Both the position numbers and the translations under genes were made by a program. Positions 50,780 through 64,000 of a DNA stretch of 64,000 bases are shown here, one piece after another. The notes beneath the pieces were generated by a model. That model worked only from the letters and a program-made list of their open reading frames with translations, searched no databases and was not told the DNA's origin. The stretch spans positions 6,809,220 through 6,873,219 of the forward strand of contig MU054323.1 in NCBI GenBank assembly GCA_013239625.1, in the 5' to 3' direction. Each line of letters starts with the position of its first letter. Position 1 is the first letter of the stretch. The stretch is from Lama guanicoe (lineage: Eukaryota).

Positions 50780-51770
50780 TGGGGGGAAAAGGGATTTTTA
50801 GAGCAGTGAAACTATTCTGTATGATACTGCAATGGTGGATGCATGTTACTATACATTTGTCAAAATCCATTGAATGTGTGACACAGAGAGTGAATCCTAA
50901 TGTAAACTGTGGGCTTTAGTTAATGCATATGTATCAATATATTAGCTCATCATTTCTAACAAATGCATCTTGCATCTAATACAGAATGTTAATAGGGGAA
51001 ATAGCCCGATTTTTAAAATGAGCGAAGGATTTTAAAATAAACTTTGTAAAAAAAAGGTGTTATGAAAGTAGCCAGTAAGCTTATAAAAAGATGTCTTTAA
51101 TCACCAAAAAAATGTGAATTAAAACTAAGTGCAATACTGCCACACACCCATTGAAGTACCCAAAATTTTAAAAACTGACAGAACCAAATGATGGCAAAGA
51201 TGTGGAGCAACTTGAGCTTTTGCATTGCTGGTGGGAATGTAAAATGGTACAACAAATTTGGAAAATTGTTCAGTTTCTGTTAAAGTCAAACATGCACTTA
51301 CCATGTGACCCAGCAATCCAACACTTGGGTATTTGAGAAAGAGAAATGAAAGCATGTGCTCATAAAAAACTTGACCACAAATGTTCATAGTAGGTTTATT
51401 CATGATAGCCCCAAACTAGAAACAGTCTAAATGTTCATCAACAATGAAATAGTTTATTTATAAAATGAAATACTGAAATACTGCTCAACAATAAAAAGGA
51501 AGAAGCTACTGGTACATGGCATGAATTATTCTGAAAAAAATGTTGAATGAGAAAAGTCTAGATCATTGGTTGCCAGTGGTCAGGTGAAGTAGGGAAGGTT
51601 GACAGCCAAGGAGCTTGAGGGAACTTTTAGAGGTGACAGAAATATTCTGTTTTCTTGACAGAGATAGAAGGTTGTGGGTTTATACCTTTGCCAAATTTAT
51701 TAAACTGTACACTGAAAATTGATGCACATTACTGTATATAAACTATACCTCAATAAATGTTACTTTAGAA
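50780..51770 (+). mobile_element. L1M 3' fragments (L1MC-like, then L1MB/ME-like)
   Basis: gagtgaatcctaatgtaaactgtgggctttagttaat; ccatgtgacccagcaatccaacacttgggtattt; ataaactatacctcaataaa. Confidence 0.82.
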
Positions 51771-51779
51771 ATATCTGAT

Positions 51780-52600
51780 GTTAGAATGATTTCTAACTTA
51801 TAGTTAGGCATCCAAATGTCTAATAGTTATGAAAGTGGAATAAAAACATTTTCAGATATAAAAAGGCTCAGATATTTGCATGGTATATTCACCTTTTCTA
51901 GTTAAGGTCCTAGAGGATGTACTTCAGCAAACAGCGAAAAAGCCAAAATAGAGAAACTTACAAAGTTATAGGGAAAACAGAGGATCTGAAAGGAAGTCCA
52001 GGAATGATAGGTGGTCAACAAGACCAGGGAACAACCAGTGTAGACTGAAACAGGGAGCCTGAGTCCTCTGAAAAGGAGGCCTCCAAGGGAGAAATGAAAC
52101 CTCCTCAGTTTATAGGAACTATTACTGGTTTATGTCAAAAATGTTGAAGCAGATGACAAATTCTCCTAGAAAAACAGGAAAATGAAAAAATAAGGTAATT
52201 GCTAACTCCAGAAAAATAAAAACGATATAAGAATGTTTGAACATAGTACTTGATAATATTTGCATAGTCATAAGAATCTAAATATTAATTTTTATTTTGT
52301 AAAAAACTGTGATCGCTGTTAGGGAGTTGGGGACACAGGAGGTAGTAAGAGGTGTAGATGTGGGAGAACTAAAACTCTGTCGTGTTGAGGAGTCAGAAAT
52401 CTAAAATGGAGATATTTTAGAAATAATTAGGCAAATGCCAAAGAAAACAGCTACCCGAGTTGTGAATGGTCGCCTCTGTTGGAAGGGGAGTAACCAAAGG
52501 ATCAGAAGACTGCTTTTATTCATAATAGATCTTTTAGTTCTTACTTTATATTTATGTATATGTGTTAATTTGATGAAAATTAAAGTCAATAAAAGTAGGA
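51780..52600 (+). mobile_element. HAL1-like remnant
   Basis: Shares motifs with 19390-19700 (aataaa..cattttcaga...aaaag.ctca). Confidence 0.55.
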
Positions 52601-55600
52601 AGTGCCTTCTAGCTCTACAAGTCTGTGAAAGTGGAATGTGATTCATAATCTGTCTTGACACAAATAGCTCTTTTTTCTCTCTTGAGATTTCCCCTCCTGA
52701 AATACAGCTTCATGTAAAAAAGTATGTAAATAGGCCAGTATCTGTTAAAACTTGTGCCATAGTATTGACAAAGGCCAGAAGCACAGAGGGGAAGATACTG
52801 AGGTAAATGAAGGAGAGGATGACATCCGCAGAAAGCCAGTTTACAGTATTTTGATATAGACAAGAAAATTATTTCAAGAGTCATGAGCCTAAGGAAACAA
52901 GTTGGGCAGGAGAAAGGAAAAGAGAACAAAGGATTGGAGAAGGCAAAAGAAAGAAAAAAGAAGATGGGGACAAAAATACAATAGCTTATAAAGGGAAGAG
53001 AACAGCCTCTGTTTTCCCTGCCCCTCTGGCCTCTGCACTGCCCACCACTTTCTCTCACTGGAGCCAGGGTCCGTTATCAAATGGCTGACTCCACGTCTTA
53101 ACCTTGTGCCCAACCACGGTTAATCAAGTCTTTCTTTACTTCAGTCTTAAGCTGAACTGTGTCAAGTGCAAATGTCCCACATAGGACAATTTAACTACCA
53201 TATTTCACCACCTGAGATACACCATTAGAACTTCTTGATGTATCTGCCATGTCGCTTATCTTTTCTCTCATACTTTTATTTTCCTTGCATTTTTACACTG
53301 CATTCCGAGAGAGTCTCTGTGTTTGATTTTCCAGATCAAAACTGAATATTCAACCATATCCAGTCTGCTCTTCAGTCCATGTACTGAATTCTTTTAATTT
53401 TAGTGATCATGTTTTTAATTTCTAGCAATTTTTTTCATAGAATTACTCTTTGGGGATATGATAGACTTTTATATCTGTGTGGTGATAAATTTAGCATACT
53501 TACTTCAGAGCTCATTTCCTGTCAATCCTTTTTTCTTCCAAGTTTCATTCTTTCTTTGTTAAATTTGCTATCTTTCTTTCCTCATGTTGACTTTTCTTGA
53601 CTGTTCGGTGAATTTGGGCTTTCTGTCCATATACACTGAAAAAGGCCTAGAATGACACATCTTGGTAGCTAGAGTATTCCTTTAGCTAAAGTGAGAAACC
53701 CTTTTGCTCTGGCAGTGAATGTAGGTTCTGATTATAGAAGCCCTGTTTCTCAGTTGTCATTGTGAAGGAGTGGGGGTTAGTGCTGGGGAAATCCCTCATG
53801 GCAGCCCTCGCACCCACTTTGGGAGATTCCCTGGGCAGAACTCCCACTTTGAGTCATGTACTCACCACTTTAATCCCATGGGCAGACGCCAGAGTCAGCT
53901 GCACTCAGAGCAGGGCCTGGTGGCAGCTGTTCAGTTGTCCTTTAATTATCCTGGCAATCACCCATGGCCTGTTCCTTTACCCGCTCGAATGACCACTGAG
54001 CCTGGAGTTGTTCTGGTATTCTTCTGAGAAAACGTCCCTTTTTGGAAAATCTTCTCTTTGTCCTGATGTAAGTTTTTTAGTTTAGTTGAGTTTTGTCATG
54101 AGTTAGTTTCCATCTGTTTTATCTTTCAGAAATTCTTCCTTGTTCTATTTAGCTGTCATGCTGCTGCTTTTGCCTCTCCTTCAGCTGTAGATTTATTTTC
54201 CCCTTCTTATTTATTTTATTTCAGTGGTAATTTTGGAGGGGGAATAAAATAATAGGTGACAAATCTGTCACATTTAACTAGAAATTTTCCTTAGCTCTAT
54301 TTATATATGAGAAAACTAAGATCTAGCAAATGAAAAGAAAACACACACACACAGATAAAAACTTACCCAAAGTTATCCAGTTAGTATGTGCAGAACCAAG
54401 ATTTAAATTTCAGTAGGCCTGGTTTTAAAACACGTTGTTTATATGCACACAAACACTCAGGCAGTGTGACCAAGTGATTTAAATAATTGTGTTAGAAATG
54501 TACTGCAAAGCACATCAAGAGACAGCTTAGGAGGATATTGATCCAAATATGCATAAGGTGCTTTCTTGGCAGTACCTTCAAACCTCTGGTATGTCCCTTT
54601 GACTGTCTTCAAATTCCTATCCTTTCAGGGTGGATTTTACTTTAGAAGTTTTGTGAATTTATTTGGAGCCAAATGTGTTCATACAAAAAGAATAATTTTT
54701 TTTGTAATCAGAACCAAAATTAGATGTAGTTATAAGGACAAATATTTTCTTGAAGGACTTGTATACTGGTTAAGACAGCTCTAGAAGAATTCCAAGAATA
54801 TTTGAATATTGACAGCATCACTGGAGTAAGTGAATGACCTCCTGAGGTTTTGATATTCCGTGAATATACACGTTCTAAGATGATTATATTTTAAATCTTC
54901 TTAATCTGTAGTACATTAAAAGTATTGCATAATTCTAAAAATAATGAATTTCACATAAAACATTTTCACTACTTAAAAAATCCATTTTAATTTCCCTGTT
55001 TTGAGGTTGTTTTTAGGTGTTGTGGCTGTTGGTAGGCATCTTTTACTACTATAAAACTATAATGAATAATCTTATGTAGAGATAATTTACCACATTTGAG
55101 AGTATATCTGAATTGTAAGTTCTGAGCAGAATTGCTAGGTCAAAGGGTAAATAGATTTTGCCAAATGGCCCTTCTTATACCAGTTTATACTCTAACTGAT
55201 AATGTTCCTCTTTCTACACATCCTTTCCAATAAATTGAATTGTGCGCTTTCTCATCTTTGCCAATCTTTTGGATTTTTAAAAAGTATCTCAGTGTAGTTT
55301 TAATCAGTATTTCTTTAATTGTGAATTAGACTGATCATTTTCCAATGATTTTATGTGACTTGTTCATATTCTCTAACCATTTATCTATTGGGTCATTCAG
55401 TTTTTATCTTACTGATTTATAGTTTTTTTGTAGAGTGAGAAATTAGTCACATAAAATACTATAACTGCTGTGCATAGTTAACAGCCAAATGTAACACAAA
55501 ACTGAACCAGAAGCCTCTTTACCAACAGCTGAAGAAAATTAACTGTGAAAATCAGAATCACTATATACTGAACCAACTCAGTGGAATAAAATGTGCAAAA

Positions 55601-56884
55601 GCCATTCTCCTGGCTAGACAGTGCTTTGTACTTTGTGTGCAAAAATTTAAATTTTTTTTAATAATGTTTTTTTTCCTGGGATCACTGTGGCTAATAAGGA
55701 TAAAACATTTTCTTTTAACCATATTTAAAATGGAGAACATATAATGTTGAGTCCTTTGCACAGATAATTAAAAAAGCATTAATAGCTTGATCAGGAATCC
55801 CTAAGAGCTTTTTCTACCCTCACATCAGCTGCCTCTCTCCAACACAATGACTAGTAGATGCATTGATGTTTCCCTTTAAAAATTACTGTGCCTGTCTTGT
55901 GTAACATATGCATACTTACTCATGTTTGCAGTAGGGACACAAACATGACCAAAAATAGTATGTTTATTCCCTGGACAAAGAGAGATAACTTGTGTAATTC
56001 ATAAAACATTCCGGCAAATCCTCAATTATTTATTTATTTTTTATAGAAGTCAGTTTCTAAAGGAAGTCCTAAAAGGATGACGTGACTTTTAGAATAAGAG
56101 CCAACTTCTTTTAAGCATCAGCCTAGGCAAACGAAACTTCTAAGTGAATCAATGATTGATTTGTTTGGGGTTTTCCCCCCTAGTCATCAAATTTAACACA
56201 TGAATCTTACTTTATTTTAAAAAATATTTTATCCAACTTGTTTTCTTAACATTTTTCCCATCAATATTACTAAAATGAGATGCTATGTCCTGTTATTGAG
56301 TCAAATAAACTATCTTATAATACTCAGTATTGATAGTAGACAGCCATGTAAATTTTCTTTGGCCCTTAAATACAATTATTTTGTGTAGGTTAGATTTTTT
56401 CAATGGAATAGGATTGAGGAATGTGAGCAGAGCAATGGAACAGCTTTAGATAATCTTCTTTGATGAACTTCCTGATTTAAGTAACGAGAGGAATTAAGTG
56501 ATTACTTTCCCATCACCATCTATTGTTGCTGTTTGGTGGTTTTTGTTTGTCTTGGTTTTTTTTTCCAGAATCCTACAGAATTTGATTTCTCTATCATTTG
56601 TCATGACAGGGAAGACGAGTTTAATTACTAGCTATGGTACTTTACATTTAGAAGTGAATGTGTTTTTATATGGACTCCTGTATTTCATTCATACTAAACA
56701 TTGAGTATATTTCACATAAAAGCCTAACATATTTTGTTTAGTTAATAATGATCAGTATCCAGCACTAAATAAAATTTGGGGTCATCCTTAAGTCTACTTA
56801 CTCTCCATTCATTAGAATGAGGAATTCTACTTAACTACATTTCTCTTAAGGCACTAAGGCATTTTTAGTTTTAGTTTTAGGATT

Positions 56885-57180
56885 TTTCAGTTTGCTAGGA
56901 CTGACATAATAAAACACCACAGACCAGTAGCTTAAATAGCAGAAATGTATTTGTTCACAATCTGAAGGCTATAAATCTGAGATTAGGGGGTTAGCTGGTT
57001 TAGTTTCTTTTGAGGCCTTTCTCACTAGCTTGCAGATGACTGCCTCCTTTTTGCTGTGTCATGTTGAATTAGAGCCCATCCAAATGACTCTGTTTTACCT
57101 TAATCATTTCCCTGAAGGCCCTGTCACCAAATAATTACATTCTGAAGTACTAGATGTTAGGGCTTCAACATACGAATTTT
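56885..57180 (-). mobile_element. MLT1-type (ERVL-MaLR) solo LTR remnant
   Basis: tgctaggactgacataataaaacaccacagac...cacattctgaagtactagatgttagggcttcaacatacgaatttt. Confidence 0.8.
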
Positions 57181-58111
57181 GTTCATTCTAAGAGATTACA
57201 AATAACCATTAGAAACACTAAAAGAAAATAAAAGTAGTTGTTAATCTCACAACCTAAGATCTACCAAGGATATACAGCCTACCAGAATTTTTTTCTATTA
57301 ATATATATGAAATAGCTTATACAAAGAGAATCATCCTGAACATAATGTCTAGGGTTATACTTTTTTCTTGTTCATTTATCAGCATATTGTAAATATCTGT
57401 AGCATAATTCATTAATCAGTCAGTAAATTTCTGGAATTTAGGATATTTACAGTTTTTTTCCTAATATAAATAGTACAGAAATATTCAAAGATTTCAAAAA
57501 ATTGCCCACACAAAAGCTAAAATGTGTATACTGTTTTCTTCCATTATAAAACATAATTCAGCCTTTTTTTATTTGTCATCATTATAATCATCAATTATTA
57601 TACTGTTATTGTATAGCTATATTCTCAGTTAACAACTGTAGAGCTTGTCCATTTGCTAAATGACCCCAGACTGCCGTGCCCTTTAGTTTCTGTTCCTGCC
57701 TTTTATAGAACATGTTTTATCTTTTGCTTGCAGCTCTCATTTTATGATAACACTGTCCCTACTTACAGCATATTCTAATATGCTATAGTTGAAAAAGAAG
57801 TTAACTAAAACTGTTACAGTAATCTTTAAAATAAATAATTTCTGACAAAGTCCTAAGTGACTCTCTGATGGTAATATGTACAAACTTTTAACATCAGATT
57901 TTCTTTGATTCCTTTTCTCACTTGCTCATTTACTTACTATGTGGCCACATTCTAGATAGCTTAAGTTTCTGAATAAGTGACCTTAGTATCATCGAGGTAG
58001 TCTTTTATAGGAGAAATCTCACTCTACTATACAATATTACTTTTGGAAAATATTATCATTGTATCTTCCATTTGATATGTCCTGACTTGTTACCTTTTCT
58101 TCTTTAACCAG

Positions 58112-58229
58112 GATTACCTGAGCTAGAATTGGAAGCAATTGATAACCAATTTGGACAACCAGGAACAGGTGACCAGGTTCCATGGGCAAATAATACAGTG
58201 ACAGCTGTAAATCAGACTAAACCAGAAGA
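58112..58229 (+). CDS. NCOA1: NCOA1 coding exon 11 (LPELELEAIDNQFGQPGTGDQVPWANNTVTAVNQTKPE)
   Basis: taaccag|gatt, AGA|gtgagt. Confidence 0.97.
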
Positions 58230-59509
58230 GTGAGTAATACATTTTGTATATTAAAAAGTATCAGATACCAACTTCTACAGCAAAGAACTACTTTTCCCAA
58301 ACTAGATTCTTGTCTGTATTGGTATTTTGTGAGATATTAATAGAAATGAAATGGATGGAGTAGGACACCAGATCAAACAGATTTATATACTGCATGACTA
58401 CAAGGCTAGTGTACATTGTAATTACCAAGAGATTGATATAGTATGCAGCTGCTGTTTTATCTTTCATCTCTTATTTTGCTTTGATTGATTACCATAAAAT
58501 TTCTGGGACCTGTGGATGAATTGGCCTCAGTACAACAATTATGTTGATTTTGAGTTGTTATTTATATAATTATTTTGCCCAGCTTTTCTCATTGTTTGGA
58601 GCAAGAACATATAAGAAGGGAAAGTACTTTCTACATCTACTCAGTGTCCCATCTTGGTTAGAATTTAATCACTTGATTAGAACTTAATCCACACAGGTAG
58701 CTCCATTCCAACAGATAGAGTACATCTCACATATAGCAACCAAAGGATGAGTCGATAGTATTGAGCATGGTATAGAGCCTTAACTGTGAACTGTAGTCCC
58801 ACTTACCTTCCCAAAAGAAGAATCCTTTTAATTATATAATTATATTAGTAGCATTAGTACTAGTATTATTTTTAATATATTTCTAAGTTTTATGCATCAG
58901 TTGGTATCAGTTTGGATGAGACTACATATTTTCTGCATGTAATCAATGATTTGTCCCTTAACATTGAGCATATTTCATTTTTCTAGTTTTACTTACTTTA
59001 TAAATGGTAATCATGTCATCAACATGATTTGGTCATCTTTGAAAGTTTACTAATATAATACGTACTATTTTGATTATGGTTCAATTATCAATAATTAACG
59101 GCACCCGCAGAATAAATAGAGTAAGCAGTATAAATCTTGATATAGGCTAAATGATTTTTTCTGAGTTTTTGATTTTTATTTTTTACTTTTGTTAAAAATT
59201 ATTTTCTCTTAACTGGCTAATTTTTCGGGCAAAACTATAAGCTAACATGAAGAATATGAAAACAAAGTTCAATGATTGACAAAATAATGAAAAATATATT
59301 CAAGCTACATACTCAACATTCATAAATTTCTGCACATTAAGTATAGAAAATTTCATTGCATAAGAATTGATTGAAAAAGCATCTCAACAGAGAATTTTCT
59401 AGAGCTAGATGTGCATATATATGTATATGTATGAGACTGTTTGCATTCTTAATCCTGAATACTCATTTGCTATATCAGTCTTAAACTTTCTTACCTTTTG
59501 ATTCTGCAG

Positions 59510-59678
59510 CCAGTGTATTAGTTCACAATTAGATGAGCTTCTCTGTCCACCAACAACAGTAGAAGGAAGAAATGATGAGAAGGCTCTTCTTGAGCAGCTG
59601 GTATCCTTTCTCAGTGGCAAAGATGAAACTGAGCTGGCTGAACTGGACAGAGCTCTGGGAATTGACAAACTTGTTCAG
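59510..59678 (+). CDS. NCOA1: NCOA1 coding exon 12, AD1 / CBP-p300 interaction ([14 protein letters not shown]...[10 protein letters not shown]...LGIDKLVQ)
   Basis: ctgcag|ccag, CAG|gtattt; LDELL at 59529-59543. Confidence 0.98.
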
Positions 59679-60179
59679 GTATTTATTAAAGTTGACATTA
59701 TTTAGGTGATATAGTCCTGAGAAGTTAAAAAATGATCTTTTAGCCAGGATTTTTTGGTATTATTCTTACTGTATTTTAGCTGTTTTATAATTTACCCTTA
59801 TGAAAGTTATCAAAATCTATAATAAATAATAAGCTTTTTAAACAAAAAAATCATAATAATTAGAATTAGAATTAGAGAGTTTTGGCCTTTCACTGTGGAA
59901 CATAATTTTAAAAGCTCCCCACAGAATAGAATTCAGATTTTTATCATCACTTCTAATTTTAGGACTTAATTTATCCTTCATTCATGCTAGGCCCTATATG
60001 TTTCAGCCTGTATGTTCCATGACATTCCAACTTCCAGGTTAATATTTTTCAGACTTGGGGGTTAAAAAAGTCAACTTAGTGCGTCATGGCCAGCATTTGT
60101 TTAATGGAGTAGAATAGTGCAGAATACATATCAGAATGCAGAAAAAGTGTGAGTTATGCCCCATGAATCTATGTTCAGT

Positions 60180-60198
60180 CACACACACACACACACAC
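60180..60198. repeat. (CA)n microsatellite
   Basis: Directly visible. Confidence 0.85.
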
Positions 60199-60715
60199 AA
60201 CAGGCCACAACTTAAATTATTATTCTTACAGTGACTAATAATTCAGAAGTATGAAAGCCATAACTCTGACATTCTGTTAGGTCAGCTATGAATTTTTTTC
60301 CAAATGAGATAAAAGCATGAATTCTGTATTTGAGATAGAAAAATACATAATTAAACCCTCCTTCAGGGATCTACTTCTTATTAAATGTAACATTTGTTGA
60401 TTCTCAGGCTTTGCAGTGAGGTTCTTTTCAAATCTGGTAGCTTCATTTAATTGATTTAGGGCCTTTATTTTAACGATACCTTCATCTCTTTACTGAGATA
60501 CTAAACATCTCAGTTAATCTATTACTCCGTTTAAAAGTAACTTTTATAAGTGATTCTTTTAAGTAGCAAACTTCTGGAGAGCTTCATGAATTCAGCATGA
60601 ATATATTATGATGAAACTAGAGATAACATGGTCTTGGATCTAAAATTTTATAGAAAAGCATGTAATTTATTGGCAGAAACTTATTTGAAAAATGTTCTGG
60701 CTTATTTTCCAACAG

Positions 60716-61030
60716 GGAGGTGGATTAGATGTATTATCAGAGAGATTTCCACCGCAACAAGCAACACCACCTTTGATGATGGAGGAAAGGCCCAACCTTT
60801 ATTCCCAGCCTTATTCTTCCCCTTCACCTACTGCCAATCTCTCTAGCCCTTTCCAAGGCATGATCAGGCAAAAACCTTCACTGGGGACTATGCCTGTTCA
60901 AGTAACACCTCCCCGAGGTGCTTTTTCACCTGGCATGGGCATGCAGCCCAGGCAAACTCTAAACAGACCTCCAGCTGCACCCAACCAACTTAGACTTCAG
61001 CTTCAACAGCGATTACAGGGACAACAGCAG
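60716..61030 (+). CDS. NCOA1: NCOA1 coding exon 13 (GGGLDVLSERFPPQQ...QRLQGQQQ)
   Basis: Within ORF 60692..61078; caacag|gga, CAG|gtgagt. Confidence 0.98.
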
Positions 61031-61799
61031 GTGAGTACTCTTGTTTTGCAGGTAATCCTTCTTAAAGGTATGTACTAATTCTCTCTGTAATAAGACAGCC
61101 CAATTGCTATAATAAAGGTGTCAAGTACACTCCTAGAACCTTTATGAAAGACTCAAAAAGTCATTCTTGGTCTGCTAGAATAAGAATAAGGGACACTCAT
61201 TCAGTTAAAGACGGCTGGTTCATAACAAAGTGCTTTGACACTTACAGTTTAAAAGCAGTTTACTTCTGATTTTTAAGATAAAAAATATTTAGGATGAACA
61301 TCATACAATTATTAATAAAGAGAAACATAGCTTTATTTCTAAAGTAGAGCATCAGGAGATACTGTTTATGATTGTTGGAACAGAAAATAAAGTTTATGTT
61401 GTTTAAAGTTAGAGTGAGTGAAGTCTAGTGATGTTATTCTGTTAGGAGAATGAAAGAAAGGATAGTTTGGGGGTCCTGGGAGTTGTGGGTGGGTTAAGTA
61501 TTCTCTCTCATAACAAGTAGTGAGTAGGTATAATGGCATAAATATTTAAGATTGTATAAGCTGCAGCTACAGTCATCAGGAACCAAAAAACCAGTTGTCA
61601 AAAGTATTATCTCTGGGAAGTGGGACCAGGGCTGTAGATTGTTGCTTCTTGCCTTATTAATCTTTTGTACTTTTTAGCCATATGTCTGTATTGCTTTGGG
61701 TTAAAGAAAAAGTATTTAAAGAAATTCCCTGGAGCCTTACTAATGGAGGAAGGAGGAGAAAGAAGGAGCTGTATTCTATTAGAGAGGCAGCATCAGATG

Positions 61800-62030
61800 C
61801 TAAGAATTAGCTCTCGTTTCCCGTCCTAGTTCTAACCTTATCTTAGGTGGGTTGACAGTCTAATTAGTTGCCCTTTTAAAGCCTCTGATTCCTCATCTGT
61901 AAAAAGAAATCTAATAAATAATTCCTTTACCTCATAGGTGATGTGTGGATTAAATGAAATAATACATGTAAAGCTCTTAGCACAGTGCCTGGCATATAGT
62001 AACACTTAATAAATACTAGCTATTATTATA
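61800..62030 (+). mobile_element. MIR SINE
   Basis: ttcctcatctgtaaaa...ggattaaatgaaataatacatgtaaagctcttagcacagtgcctggcatatagtaa. Confidence 0.85.
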
Positions 62031-62418
62031 AAGTTAGATTCAATACAATAATAAATAATATAAAATATGCTTCCATTCCATTTAAATTTAGTGGTAGGAT
62101 AACAAAGAAAGGAATAATCTTTTAAACGTTGGAGTGGATAAAGGACACAGAGGAAGGAAGAGAAGGAAGGAAAGAGAAACAGTGAAAAGGAATAGTAATA
62201 TGTCCTGAGCATTGAAGATAAGCTACTTCTTATCATAACTTGTCACTTATCATTGGAAAGCACAAGAACAAGAAATGCTTAATAATTCCCCTGTATTTAA
62301 TTTTTCACAAAACATATTTAGGGGAACTATGCTAGGTACTGGGAGGAACACAGAGAATGAAAGATACAGGTAACTTTCAGAACCTATAATCAGCTTGGGG
62401 TATTCAAAACGTAGTATA

Positions 62419-62522
62419 CAGTCAGCCCTCCACATCTGCAGGTTCTGCATCTATGGATTAAACCAACTGTAGATCGAAGAGTTTGGTTTTCTTTTTTTTT
62501 AAGTTCTAAAAAGCAAAACTTT
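62419..62522. mobile_element. TcMar-Tigger (MER2-like) terminal fragment
   Basis: TA followed by cagtcagccctccacatctgcaggttctgcatctatggattaaaccaac. Confidence 0.75.
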
Positions 62523-62605
62523 GTGACGGTGAAAACTGCCTGATGAAAGAATAAGCTTCTTTAAAGAACTCTTTGTCTTAGCAAGAATTTATGTGGTGGC
62601 TAGAT

Positions 62606-62820
62606 CAGGGTTCTCAAACTCATCACTGTTAACACTTTGAGGCTGGATAATTCTTGTTAAGGGGGGCTTCTGGTGCACTGAAGGATGTTTAGCAGCATTC
62701 CTGGCCTCTACCCACCAGGTACTAGTAGCAACCTCTCCCAAAGTTGTGACAACTGAAATGTCTTCATGTATTGCCAACGGTCCCTGACGGGGCAGAATCA
62801 CCCCTGGCTGAGAACCTCTT
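62606..62820 (-). mobile_element. MER20 (hAT-Charlie), near full length
   Basis: aggatgtttagcagcattcctggcctctacccac...gttgtgacaactgaaatgtc; accounts for ORF 62589..62834. Confidence 0.9.
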
Positions 62821-64000
62821 GGCCATGTGATCATCTTTTAGATTTTCTGTAGAAGGGCTTCTTGCTAAGGCATCGGGGAAAAAACCCATTCAGACAGACA
62901 GATTACAGTGAGCCTGAACTGCGTGAGTGTACGCGTGTGTGCATGTTATACACATAGGCTGAGTTTGTGCTCTTCCACTAGTCTCAGGCCCCACATCTCC
63001 TTTTGCAATACAACAATCCTTTCAAGCTGGCCTTTATAGGCATTTGAATTTGTGTAACAGGTCTAAGAACTACCAGCCCCTTTCCTCCCACTCCCTAACC
63101 CCCCAAAAGTTGAGATTCCCCAGGAAGTAAAGGATATGGTAATCCTTTTAGGAAGAGTTCCTTGGAAGAAGTAGAATTTGACCTGCTTGCTGGAAAATGG
63201 GTGGCATTTTAGTAATCAGAGAGAAAAGGCATATCAGAGTGAGACAGTTGTAGTCAGGTCATACACACAGGTAGTGAAAGGGAGGGGAAAACGAACCAGA
63301 GTTGTTCCAAGGGCAGGAATAGATCGATTTTTCTTTAACAGAAAGTGCTTGTAGATTGCTGCTATTTAGAATAATTCCTTCTACTGCTAAAAATAACCTT
63401 TATTTTCTAAGGTTTTAATTTGTTTTCTATGATTGTTTTCTCATTTTTACTACTTCTGAAGTATTTTTCCTCCATCCCTCACCCATTTCATTCTCACATT
63501 TTCTCACAATTCAAAGAATATATAAAGCTGTAAGTGTGGAATTCCAGCTCCCACTCTCTGGGCAGTTTTACTTCTCTTCATCATTAAGTATTAATGTATT
63601 TTCACCTATCTTCATTGCCATCTCTCCTGTTTTTAGACTTGCTATTCTTCCTACCTCAAGTTAACTCTGTCATCCTCTTTGCCACCTGGCATTCTCATCT
63701 TTCAGGGTCCCATTGTGCACACTCGTGCTCTTGGTCCCTGCCTTCCCGTCCTGGGCTTAGTTGCTCCCTATGTGCTGCTGTACATATCTCTATACATGCC
63801 ACATAGCACTTGGACATTGCACTGCTCTGTATTGGCCTCTGCCACTCAACAGAGAATTCCCAGAGGACAGAAATTTGCTCACCTTTGTTAGCCTTCAAAC
63901 TTTATGTAGTATCTTGCATATACTAAGTTTTTGATAAGTTTTTGTGAAACTGATGGTTTATTTAAATTTATATCCAAGTTCTGCTGAGTTTAAGAAGTAT

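Larger units (their letters stand above)
10835..61030 (+). other. NCOA1: NCOA1 (SRC-1) gene, partial: 13 coding exons, aa 1-1067; continues beyond the window
   Basis: Coding lengths 89,167,98,178,180,96,141,148,1321,181,118,169,315 nt sum to 3201 nt with compatible phases. The translation MSGLGDSSSDPANPDSHKRKGSPC...QRLQGQQQ matches mammalian NCOA1 as I remember it. Confidence 0.99.

Noticed and set aside
52401..53113. Cluster of ORFs up to 147 aa
   Set aside because: Low-complexity translations of purine-rich or LINE-derived sequence with no domain or exon structure
1..64000. A novel multi-gene, defence or CRISPR-like system
   Set aside because: I saw no repeat-spacer array, operon or second credible gene. 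The window is explained by NCOA1 exons, introns and common mammalian repeats.

Overview
AT-rich, CpG-poor mammalian genomic DNA from the interior of NCOA1 (SRC-1, nuclear receptor coactivator 1, p160 family) on the + strand. I can trace 13 consecutive coding exons with canonical GT-AG boundaries, from the start codon (ATG 10852) to Q1067. They total 3201 nt in one continuous frame: bHLH, PAS-A, PAS-B, S/T-rich region, three LxxLL NR boxes, CBP/p300-binding AD1 and the start of the Q-rich region. The promoter, upstream 5'UTR exons and C-terminal exons appear to lie outside the window. Four tRNA-derived SINEs resemble the camelid Vic-1 family, and I saw no Alu, Bov-A or PRE-1 elements, so the species is probably a camelid (inference). 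The introns are largely old eutherian repeats (L1M, HAL1-like, L2, MIR, MER3/5/20, MLT1, Tigger); repeat names come from remembered consensus sequences and many boundaries are approximate. I found no evidence of a novel multi-gene system. The best leads concern splicing architecture (an in-frame tandem donor, a frame-compensating donor/acceptor pair, seven consecutive +5G-less donors, poison-exon candidates), possible lineage-specific substitutions and transposon history. Exon numbers count coding exons within this window only.
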